A stretch of DNA of 64,000 nucleotides. It comes from Trichoplax adhaerens. Lineage: Eukaryota; Animalia; Placozoa. This document shows, one piece after another, positions 14,681 to 29,400 of the stretch; positions within the stretch are counted from its first letter, which is position 1; each line of letters begins with the position of its first letter. The stretch is taken from the NCBI RefSeq assembly GCF_000150275.1, contig NW_002060945.1, positions 3,247,172 through 3,311,171 of the forward strand, written 5' to 3'. Position numbers and translations under genes: made by a program. A model generated the notes under the pieces. The model searched no databases. It was not told the DNA's origin and worked only from the letters and a program-made list of their open reading frames with translations.

Positions 14681-16586
14681 ATGGAAGGAGAGAAAGGATA
14701 CACCGAATTAGTCAAAGTTCTAAATAGCCAGGAATGCATGTCAGTCATTAATTTAGTAGTCATTTTCCGCTAGGAAACACTGCTGCAATTTTGAATTTGA
14801 TATGTGGATTGTAATGTCGTCCTGTAGGAGTTCATCATACTAGTACAGTTCAACAATATTGATATGTGAAATATTTCATTTATAGAGAGGAACTTGGAAT
14901 CGTTCATGGCTCAGATAATGATTTGATATTTATTGACGGTAAGCTAGGAATATCAAGCGGACTTGGTAAGAAAATATACGTTTTTGTACATAAAGAATTC
15001 TTTAAAGTTAGATCATCCAGCTCCGATCTTAATGACTGCGATTTAGGTAATGGCAAGAGATTAAAAATATATTCTTTACATTATTAAGTACGATAGTATA
15101 CACGTATTCGATTTAATGATGGACCTTCAATAACCTTGACCAGCTTTCTAACTTTTACCTCTCTTTTTTTATTTACGTTGCATGTTTGTGATCTTTGTGT
15201 ATCAAGTAATTGCTAGTCTTTCAATGGTTTTACTGCTGTTCAACCCGGAATGCTATACAGCATGGAATGCAAGGTGTCTAAACTAATTTTGACATGCATA
15301 ACAGACGATGATTAGACCATGTTTAACTACTCTGTTATAGATATTCGCAGCTGCTTGTACATTATATATATGCTTTCTTCTTTCATATAGAAAAGAATTA
15401 ATTACCTCTGAAAAAATATCCATTGCTGATGAATTTCGAATAATGAATCTTATTTTAACCTGTTATCCCAGAAGTGCTGAATTATTTAGCCATAGGTTAA
15501 CTGGACTTGATATGTTAACTACAGTATATTGCGTACATTGATTCAATTTTGGTAAAATTGGCCAATTGCTAATAATTCATTGTATGGTAATCCTACTATC
15601 AATATACGTCATGTTTAGGCGATGGCTTATTCAACATGCTGCTAAAATCGGTGATTGCGATATCAAAACATTATGCAAACTAGAATTAACAGTAGCAGCG
15701 AAAACTGCTGATCAATATTACAGTAATTATATTAGTTGGAGTCATCGATGCTGGATATTATGTACATATTTGGCAAATTATCAAGAGGTAAAAACTTGCC
15801 CAAGGAAGGACTAGCTTCAAAATATAAAAGCTGATCAAAGTTTGAAAACTAATAATTACAACATTTCTCTTTGAGCTAGATTTTATTAAGCGAGCTTCAA
15901 GATACTGCCTTATGGCTGCAGATGCATGTATCTGATAGCAATGTATATTATTACCGGCAGCAATTGTTGACCTTATTGGTTCAGCTCAAGTAAGTTCTAT
16001 TTTATTAGTTATTTAGTATATATTGGCCTTGTTGTTATGTGATAAGTTATGCCTATTGTTGGAATCCTATTTGAAATAGTATAGCAAATGAAATCTTCTT
16101 ATAATCATAGCCAGGTAAACGTCAAGAAACTATGGGTAAGCGAGCTGCAAGTTAATAGAGAATTAATAGAATTCTATGTAGGTCACGAATCCATGTGGTT
16201 ATTTAGGTATGGAAATTGAGCTACAAATACATACTATATTAAGTATCGGAAGGTGAAGAAATTTTACTATACTAAGCAAATTCTTTGATAGACGATTTCT
16301 ATTGGCTAATATTCCAGTGAACAATGAAGAAAAGAAAAATTTATGCCATCAAGGTAACGATTTAATCAAAGCACAATTGTACTTCAATTCTGCAGGTTTA
16401 TTCTACTACTTTACCTTGGTATTCTGATCTACTTCAACAATCATTTTAGAGATGGAATTTGTAAATGAGTCTTGCCTAGTCAAAGAAAGTACTGACTTAA
16501 CCTTTGGACCCAATAGGCAAATTCATTTTGCTAAAGAATATAAAATATTCATCAACTTTATGATATCAACTTTAGATAATATTTAA
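14681..16586 (+). CDS. PTAR1: Protein prenyltransferase alpha-subunit repeat protein (PTAR1, GGTase-3 alpha-like)
   Basis: Exons give MEGEKG..CIEELGIV, GKLGIS, LLLFNPECYTAWNARKELI, LILTCYPRSAE..SHRRWLI, YYSNYISWSHRCWI, WLQMHVSDSNVYYYRQQLL and LIEFYVGHESMWLFRRF. These are PFTA repeats with PTAR1-type HVSD and GHExxW motifs. Confidence 0.88.
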
Positions 16587-17374
16587 AGGCCTGTCGATAG
16601 ACAATACAAGTTCTTGGCATTACATTGCTTGCTTTATGATCTATGCGGTATAGAGTCTATGTTAAAACATTATTACCTCAAAATGACATGTGTAACTCTG
16701 AATATTGAGTATAACTATGACGATAGGTATATATGGTTTATCATTATACATTTTATTCTTCGGTTTCACTTTTAAAAAATCTTGTAGTGATAATAGTGCT
16801 TGCATCTTATACAGGTATTTCTGTGATAGGGATAATTAAACAATAAAAATTTTTGAATAATTTCGGAATATAAAAACCTTTCGACGTGTAAATATTGCAG
16901 TCGCGTACACAGTACTCTTGATATAGACGATAGATAGAATACTGTAATAGTTAATTTGTGCATCATGATTATTGTGCTTTAAAAGCCAGCATCAATCGAA
17001 TGGTATTGTAGTTGCATGACATTTCTAAATTATTATGGCAAATCAGTCTAGGTACAAGCTAGCTTTTTCTCAGTAAGGTTTAAGCAATTTAGCGAAATGT
17101 GAAGTTAAAAACATTCATATTTTTCAATTTCAACTTTTGTTCAATTATGATGATAACTATCAGCAAGATAGCAACCAATAAAACTTTGACAATAATAGGA
17201 TACGTGTAATACAGTATGTAATGAACTTATTACTGCTGGATGGATAGTATAGATAAATTGGTAAACACAATAAGATTATATTCTCTGATACTATCTATTT
17301 GCAATTTTGGTGGCTGATTTGGTGTAGGGAATTCTTTTGGGTGAAAGACAGCTCGTTACGTGGCGAAAAAATAT

Positions 17375-20068
<2,694 letters not shown>

Positions 20069-20854
20069 TGCCAGCGGCCGGTGTTTGCAAATCTCTGCAA
20101 AGCTACAAGTTGAGCGATTCTTTTTCGGCTCGAGAGTAAAGACTACAGAGTTAATGGAGAGAGTTTGCCTTTTATATGTTATACTGTACTGTACAGTATA
20201 GTACTGTATAGTGCCAGCTGTAAGAACTGTATGGTACACTGTACGGTTGGGTATAGTACTATGGGCGGGCCTGGCGATAGACTGACTGCTGATGCATCCT
20301 ATCCGAGGATATGGCGAGGATGTTGGTTACACAAGATATTTCCATCATGGTGGATATTCAACTCTTTGCAGAGACTTGTTAACTCATTTTTAGCCCACAA
20401 AGGTAACAAGAACTCAAGTTTTTTTTTACTATAAGGGGAAAAATAGATTAGTTAACGCCAGGAGAGCAAAAATGTTGAGTTGATTAGCAAGGGTTGCTGG
20501 AAAAAAGAGAGCAACTAGGGGGGGGGGTACGCAGCCGTTGATGACTATCGACTCCAACATCGTACTCAAATTTGTCCAAATTTGAGGTTACCTGATACTG
20601 TAGAATTCGCCTAATTCGTCACCCCTAAAGGGGAAGAACAAATAGCGATGAGTTAGGCCAATTCATTTGACAGGAAATGTATATAGAAGCTGTGCCAGTT
20701 GCCTGAATACAGTGACACATGAGACGAGTTTGGTGAATTCTATTATAGCAAATTGCAAATGAATGATGTACGCTTCCAATGGCCAGTAAATACAGTATTA
20801 TTGGTGTTGACTCCATCATAAATGGCTCAATATACAGTATCCCTAGCAGTCCAC

Positions 20855-22385
20855 CACTGTTGTAGGGACTACCGCTAAAGAAAGACAAGAAACGGCCTTG
20901 ATTGCAAAATAAGATGGAGGCCTTATGATTTTGTCATTCTACTATACAATACCTACAAGCCAGAAGTGCACAGCATAGCTTACACTTGGTTAAATAGTCC
21001 TGTCATGCCTGTACAGTATGTACAGTACAATCGCATGGACAATTATTTTGATCGCCTACTGTATACTGGACTACTAAAAAAGAAAGACAGGAAACGGCTT
21101 TCACTGCAAAATAAGATGGAGGCCTTCATGATTTTGTCGGTCATTCTACTATACGATTCCCCTTAATAAAAGTGGCTAGCCTACTACAAGGCAGAAAGCG
21201 CTCGCTATAACTTACAACTATTTTGATCGTCTACTGGATACGATCAAAACCTTGATCATCAAAATAAGATGGAGGCCTCATGATTTTGTCAGTCATTCTA
21301 CTAGACGATTCCCATAGAAGTGGCTACCCTACTACAAGGCAGAAAGCGCTCGGCATCACTTCCACTTCGTTCAAAAGCACTGTCATGCCTTTACAGTATG
21401 TACTCCACTATACCATGGACAACTATTTTGATCGTCTACTGGATACGATCAAAACCTTGACTGCAAAATAAGATGCAGAAATATGATGTTTTCGGTCATT
21501 CTACTATACGATTCTCCATATTAAAAGTGGCTACCCTACTACAAGGCAGAAAGTGCTCGCCATAACTTACAACTATTTTGGTCGTCTACTGGATACGATC
21601 AAAACCTTGACTGTAAAATATGATGGAGGCCTTATGATGTTATCGGTCATTCTACTATACGATTCCCCTTAATAAAAGTGGCTACCCTACTTACTACAAG
21701 GCAGAAAGCGCTCAGCATCACTTCCACTTCGTTCAAAAGTACTGTCATGCCTTTACACTATGTACTCGACTATACCATGGACAACTATTTTGATCGTCGA
21801 CTGGATTCGATCAAAGCCTTGACTGCAAAATAAGATGGAGGCCTTATGATTTTGTCAGTCATTCTACAGTACTATACGATTCCCATAGAAGTGGCTACCC
21901 TACTTACTACAAGGCAGAAAGCCCTCAGCATCACTTCCACTTCGTTCAAAAGTACTGTCATGCCTTTACAGTATGTACTCCACTATACCATGGACAACTA
22001 TTTTGATCGTCTAATGGATACGATCAAAACCTTGACTGCAAAACAAGATGGAGGCCTTATGATGTTATCGGTCGTTCTACTATACGATTCTCCTTATTAA
22101 AAGTGGCTACCCTACTACAAGGCAGAAAGCGCTCAGCATGACTTAAAACTATTTTGATCACCTACTGGATACGATCAAAACCTTGACTGCAAAATAAGAT
22201 GGAGGCCTTATGATTTTGTCAGTCATTCTACTATACGATTCCCATAGAAGTGGCTACCCTACTTAACTACAAGGCAGAAAGCGCTCAGTATCACTTCCAC
22301 TTCGTTCAAAAGTACTGTCATGCCTCTACAGTATGTACTCTACTATACCATGGACAATTATTTTGATCGTGTGCTGGATACTGTA
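20855..22385. repeat. Composite tandem array of about 8 units in two lengths (~150 bp and ~202-214 bp)
   Basis: The anchor aaa(t/c)a(a/t)gatg recurs near 20907, 21109, 21262, 21466, 21616, 21827, 22041 and 22191. Units share the blocks gtcattctactatacgattcc, tacaaggcagaaagcgctc and ttttgatcgtctactggatacgatcaaaa. Confidence 0.95.
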
Positions 22386-22614
22386 GGAACGATGGTAGGC
22401 ATTGTCACCCACAGTCACGGACTGCTGGAAGGAAGCCTTTGCAGTGTACGCTACGCATGTGCCTGCAAATGATCCTGCGAGAGATTGGCATTCAAACTCA
22501 ACGATGCCAGTCAAACGCTTCAATACGCCACTCTTCTTAGATACACTAGACTAAGAGTCGAGAGACTCCGCTCATCACTGTGGTTTCATCGTCGACGTGG
22601 AAGGATCACTAAAA

Positions 22615-24204
22615 ATGGGTAAGGATAAAAATATTCTTTTTATTGCAACAGGCATAAACTGGATGTTGAACTAATTCTATTTGAGATTGATTGAGCTGAT
22701 TTTCTTCTTATTGATCCAAGTATAGTATTAATCAATGTCTTTTTGATATCGTTATGACATGGTTGATTAAAGGTGCCGTTTCGCCGTCGTCTTCTTGTGC
22801 TGTGGCAGCCATTCTATCGGTTGTTATTTTTACTGGCATGCAAACTTTTAGGACGCAGTTAGCATCAAGTAGAGAAATGACAATCTTGGGTGGTTTCATT
22901 GGATCTGAGCTCTTTATATTCATATTGACTGTATCCGATCATTGATCATCAAAATTGATCTAGTCACACATACTCCTGATTCAAATCATGAAAGTGATGG
23001 ATAGTAAAGCTATCGCTCACTTTCATCATCCAATCTTTTCCATTCGACAACCAGTCCTAGGCAGATACTGTAGTCTTTGCCCTACAGTTGTAGACTATCA
23101 AAGATTGCAGTACTACAGTGTCCGTTTTATCTTGAATAAAGAACTCGATGATGAAATTGAAATTTATTTGAACGCAATGCAATAGCATCCATTACAGTAA
23201 TAGGAATATTGAAATAGTCATACTGCAGCCAGTAGTAGTTCTTGTCCTGTAGATTAGCCGAGTATAGGATACAACTCTTGAATATTGATCTAATCTTATT
23301 AAGTAAGCTAGATGGTCCAATTTTGAAAAAATGTGTAGCATCCCAATGTTATTGTCATCCAAAAAAGCAATAAGATATGTAAACTAAGTATGGATGCCCA
23401 CGTTATTCCTTAACTGAATGATACAGGCTATTAGCAACTTTGAAATGTTCGCCTTTGGCAAGAATTTCGCTGCTAGTATATTTCCTGAAGGTTGGTCAAT
23501 CATGATAAATTTTGACAGTAGCAACATGGATTGAATTAGTATTACCTACAAAACAACTTCAATGAGTTAATGATTGCTACAATTTATAAAAGAAAACAGC
23601 AGAAACAAAATCAATACATTTAAGATAAAGTCAGATTCAATCTCAAAATAGTTTGTACTATATATAGAGATACATTAATAGGTTTACGCGTCTACTGTAC
23701 GTAGTGAATAAAATTGTAGCAAATTATTGTTAACAAATGGATTGTCTTCTACTTTATCGGTATATCGATCATTCTTGTACATATATCGTAAGCAATTTAC
23801 CACGCTATACTTGTACAGTATGAATGCATAGACTAATTCGAGTATCGTCCATGAAAACTAACTTTGACTTATGCCATTTTTAGTCATTGCATCGCTTATA
23901 ATGGCAATGATCGCAAGTGGACTTGTCCATCGTGTGTGTGTTACCACATGGTAAGTTGTACTTAAAAAAGGAAAATTAAATAAATTGACATCCATTTGCT
24001 ATACTATGACTAGTAGGTTCCTGACCAATATAAAACGACACGACTATTTGGCAAGCAATTTCAAATAATGCTTTCAACATGTTTCATTACAGTTTCATCT
24101 TTTCCATGATCGCCTTGTACTTCTTAAATCGGATATCCAACGCTACCTATACCAAGCCAGTACCTCAAACACCTGTCAAATCGGGCAAATCTAAAAAGAA
24201 ATAA
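22615..24204 (+). CDS. KRTCAP2: Keratinocyte-associated protein 2 (KCP2), oligosaccharyltransferase accessory subunit
   Basis: Exons 22615-22618, 22773-22930, 23427-23490, 23884-23950 and 24093-24204 give GMQTFRTQLASS..TILGGFIGSELFIFILTAISNFE..FGKNFAASIFPE..ASGLVHRVCVTTCFIFSM and a C-terminal KSKKK ER-retrieval-like tail. Confidence 0.95.
22931..23426 (+). other. U12-type (minor spliceosome) GT-AG intron in KRTCAP2
   Basis: The donor reads GTATCCGA. The branch sequence TTCCTTAAC at 23406-23414 ends 12 nt before the acceptor, and there is no polypyrimidine tract. Confidence 0.8.
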
Positions 24205-26400
24205 TGATTGTATAATGTTAAGAAATAACTAAATACTATTACGGTCATAACGAAACACAAATCAATGAGTAGCTATTTTATCCCCCAAATTCTTTATTCA
24301 AATTCCTAAATCAATAAAGGTTTCCTTTTCAATATATCGCAATGTCAATTACTATGGTATTCTTGTATTTGGTAACATTAAACTGACTTGAGTAAAGATT
24401 GGCAAAGACACTTTGCTAAGCAGTAATGCTAATTATACAAGCTTATATCTAATACACTAACATTTTATTTAGATATGAGATAGATACAGTAGACGACTGT
24501 CATATAGTATATGCTTGAGTACAGAAAATAAGTAATCCTAACTTTAAAGCAATTAACCTACTCGTTAGTTCAAAAATTTCCATCAAAGACACTATGGACC
24601 TCAAGTTTAGAAATAAATCAACTTTTATTAACAAGATAGAGATAGTAAGTTGAACATTGATATGGCTTGATAAAGTATAAAGTATCTTAATAATAAATAA
24701 TATGACAAGAGCTTCTTGTTAGCTTCACATTATTATATCAACTAATTTTTATACCAAGGATTATCTTCAGCTCTCAATCTCTCACGAAAAAGCACTTGTG
24801 CAACCTTGCATTTTAACCTACAAACCTGAGTTATTTTAGTGCTGCTCTCTAGATGCATACTACCATCGTGGATAATGCAATAAATATCAACTAAAGCATT
24901 TATGAGATATATTGTAGTGTAAGGTAAAGCAAAATACCACTGTAGTAATGTATGATATAGCCTAGCGAAATCGATGAAATTTGGAACCGCTGCATCTCGA
25001 AAGTAATCAGAAATTATCCAGATTTCTTACCCAGAAGCAATCTTTATTTTTACGGGTTAATTAACCTACGATTGTAAAAATCCATTGCAGTCAACAAAGA
25101 AACGACATTATTCGGATATTGCCGGGATAGACTGGCTTCTTAATGATGGTACTCAGAAGTCATCCAGATTGTATTTCATTTATTCTACTAGTATGATCTT
25201 TTTATTATACGAAAGACAAGCTAAGGTATTATGATTTTAAATACATAACTTCCTTAGAAGATATCCTTGATGATGAAAAGATTCGTAAAACCATTGTTAC
25301 TTTCTAGCTAAATTATGATATATATGCGTATATACATAGCATGCAGTAATAATTTACAATTTTTTCCATTTTACACGGTTTAATTCAGTCATCGTATTAA
25401 ACAGATTTATCCGTAAAATGAGTTATATATCATATTATTGTCGTATCACTTGGAAAGATATTGTAGCTACAATAATGGTCTATAATGTTATAGCAAAAAT
25501 TTGCTAGTTTTTTGCAAAGTATAGAATAAGAATATGCCTTTACCATAAAGTACAAGAATTAATGTCCAAATGAAAGAGGAAAATTAGCTTAAAATTGAAA
25601 TGTTGCCATATCGTATCAGCGATATTTTGTTCATTAAGCTATATTAAAATTGGGTTATGCAATATACTAGCTTTTAAAATGATATAGTGGTAAAGTCCAT
25701 TCTAAAAATTGTGCTAGATAAAAGCAAGATACTATGCACAGAAGCGAACAGCACTATCATCTTCGATTGGCATAGCATATTCTTAATAAGACAACACTAT
25801 ATCATCACAGAAATTTGTTAGATAGTTGGATTTGTTTTGACTTTCTATTAAAATCTAAAAGGTGATATTAATTTGGTCAGTGCCAAAATAATGATCAAAA
25901 TAATAATAAAAAAAATGGAGTACGGAGATATATAAAGTCATAGGAAAGGAAAGATTGAGATTTATATACCAGTACTTGTAATAGAATTATTTTGAGGATC
26001 CTGTTTATAGTCAACCGGCGGTGCATACCACAAAGTACAAGATTCGCTACAGCTATTGCATAATTATTAAAGGAGCAAGGTGAATATCAAGATCACATTT
26101 TTTTCCCAACGTATCAATATACGCTGTTATCTTAGTTAATGCTGCAACCGCTAACTTGGTCAAGAATACTAATTTCACTAGGTAGAATTGACACTTTTCC
26201 TTTAAGTATCATCTTTATACCATCTTCCTATTTTTAACGATGGATACTCTTTAGAAAAGCGTGATAATATATAAAATAGTACTATCATCATCATTGCAAC
26301 TATCGTCATTTTTTTTTCTAATAAATGGAGATATATTTCCTTTGGATAAATAGATTGTAATTATAAAATAGTGTCTTGGTCGTTCTCCATCATCATCTTT

Positions 26401-29400
26401 TTAACGACCTTTATGGATTAAACCTGATCTTAACCTATTCAATCTCTCTATTCTATCGCATTGAGATATGACAGATCGCAACGATAAATCATCTTCTTCT
26501 CTTGGCGGTGTTGATCTTATAGTACCAGCTAACATTTTAAGATTTGTTGTACTAAGCCTTTTCTCATCTTTTCCTATCTTTTCATTACCACCACCATCAC
26601 TATATCCAATATGTGGTATAGCAGCTGCAGGTGTAACAACATTACGCCGTGGTGATTTAATGACAGTAACGACACCGCTAGCAGGTCTTGATGAGATATG
26701 GAAAGAATTATCCTGATTGACTATGCTAATATTATCATGATAATCATGACTATTAATTCTTGAACGCGTATATTCCGATAACGATATATTGGCTAATCGA
26801 CTTTTAATAATAACGTCATCGGTATCAAATGCATGCTCAACCGCATCAGCACCTAAGTGTTCTTCTTCTTCTGTTAATCGTATACCCATGCTAACTTTAA
26901 TTAAGAGTAAGACAATAAATGAAGTAACCAATGTCCATATTGTTACACATACTACTGCTAACATTTGTATTCCGAATAAATGCATTCCACCACCATAGAA
27001 TAATCCATCATAGATGCTAAATTGGTCGGTAAGTTCTTTTTGCGCAAATAAACCAGCAGCAAGCATCCCCCACATACCACAGAAACCATGTGTAGCAACA
27101 CAATCAACAGGATCATCGATACGTATGCGAGCTAGCAAAGTGGCACCATGGCAAGAACATGCAGCAGCAATGATACCAATAACGATAGAAGCCCATGCAT
27201 CGACAACCATGCAACACGCTAAATAACGTAGCAAAAGATGGATTTACATCAATAGAAAGCCATCAACATTGAGCATCGTTGACATCTTGATAAGATTACA
27301 TACAAATACATACAGTATATGCTAAAATTGACTCAATAAACGGTAGATGATCATGCTATCAATTGAGTCTAATGCCGTCATTTGCAATCAACTACAGCAT
27401 TAAATACTGTATTGGAAGGAATTGACACTGAAAATCCATTTACTAAATTGATTTCAGTCAACTTGGCCATACTGATCAGAACGTGTTTACTTACGCGTAA
27501 TAGCCACTAGTGCACCCAAAATACCATTTATCATATGATTGATTTTAATCTTTTTCTTGAAAGCAATATAACTATAAAAGTAGATAGTTCAAAGAAGTCA
27601 GGAATTTGTTACTAGATGATATCGGATTATTCAATGTATATTGTGGTAAATAAAAAATTGCCCTCGATGGAATAGCACACGTTACCTAAATATAATAGCG
27701 TAGAGTCCACCTCCAATCGACGACATCATCGTTGTTACTGCAGCCCTGTGCCAATCGTTCATGAGTATTTAGAAACAAGCTGATAAAAAATGATATTTGA
27801 ATCAAGGGCTTACCTAGCAGAGAATTTCCATAAATGTCCAGTAACACCGAAGCTACTGCCACAATTAAAGCCTAACCAACCCCACCATAACATAAACATA
27901 CCAACGATAGCGTTCGTTGGAGAGCTCATTTCAGGTTGATAATTAGAAGAAAAACGTCCAATTCGAGGACGTAAAATTAAAGTGGCAATCAAACCAGTAA
28001 AACCACCGACGATATGGACAGCACAACCGCCTGCTGCATCAACAACCCCCATTTGTCTTAACCAGCCTTTAGAATCCCATATCCAGTGAGCTGGGAATGC
28101 ATAAACCAAAGTATTGAAAAACGAGAAGACACAATAAGAATCCAGTTTTGTCCTTTCAGCCATAGCACCAGATACGATTGTTGTTGAAGTTGTCGAAAAT
28201 GACAGCTGGAAGAAAAAATTGGTATACAGCCAACCGGATGAATTGACGTGCCCATCGACGAAGAAATTGCCAATCCTAATTATATATAATAGGTGTAGGT
28301 TTATTAGAAACAGTCATGAGTTACTTTATGGCAAATCATGGCAATTGCAAAACTAAAAATAAAAAATAAAAACCGTCCCTATAAATCCTGCAATAGTATC
28401 TCAATCTTTTCGTTCTTAATCTAGATATTTAATGCCTTCTATCAGATGAATATTTATAATTTTACGCTTATATAGAATAATTTTCAATTATTTACGCTTA
28501 GCTTTCTAATCATAAGTAACCATATACCATATTTACGTTATTGACCGTTAAAGTATTTCTTTAAAAGGGATTCAGTCGATATAATATAGATCATAGAAAG
28601 ATATCTTTTATTCGTTGTCCTTTCTTCTATAAATTGCTCCCCCTCCCCCATTTACTTCACCAAATCTAATACTAAATTACTACCTAAGTGTAGTAGTTAA
28701 TACACATGCAAAGTAATAGTTTAGTTGATGCGAGAGAGATTCCAAATAGATATAGACTCGATTAGATGCAGATACAGTGCTAGAATGTGTAATGGCTGAT
28801 GTCTGCAAAATTAGTCAATACATAAGAAATGCTGAAAGATATAAACTTGATTGGACATATGTTAGAATTCACATGCCGAAATAGGATATAAAGGCTATAA
28901 AAAATTAAAGCGCTTAAGGGATGGATGAAATAAAGAGAATGCAATCAGATTATTATACAAGGTATTTTAATAAGAGCAAGTAGGTAATTTACGATTAATG
29001 TCTGAGTAAGTAGTAATACCGTATATTCACTAAATTCTGCGATTCAGAATTGTATAGCCTATAGTGAACAATAAATAATCATTTGAGTTATAAAACTACT
29101 ATATGATTGCTTTATCCCATTTTAGAAATATAATTATTTATTAATATTGACTTCAACAGGTATAACAAATACTGACAACATATAATTTATGCGATATCAT
29201 ATTTCCTCTTTACTATTTTCAGGACAAGTAAGATAGTTTAAATTTATTTTCTAGATATAAATTAGTGAAAATTGCTTCTACTGTGTCATAATCTAAGTGA
29301 TATAAACATTGTTTCAGTTTGTTTCTTGAAGTAGAGGAAATTCGTTGTACTGTCTCTGGTATATGAAGATTAGAATCAATATTTATTATGTAAAATAGAC

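Noticed and set aside
20069-20239. N-terminal extension of NUDT12 in the ORF track
   Set aside because: It translates TACWGTA-rich promoter-like sequence with no ankyrin similarity; the ATG at 20068 fits better.
20855-22385. CRISPR-like array (palindromic ~29-bp repeat at intervals)
   Set aside because: The intervening sequences are 120-185 bp and homologous to each other rather than unique spacers. There are no cas genes and the context is eukaryotic.
20966-22523. Short repeated ORFs (MILSVILL...) in the array
   Set aside because: Frames and stops differ between units because of indels, so they are by-products of the repeat.
26468-27226. Plus-strand ORFs overlapping Amt, and similar ORFs antisense to NUDT12, KRTCAP2 and lamin
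   Set aside because: These are antisense shadows of real coding exons with no independent motifs.
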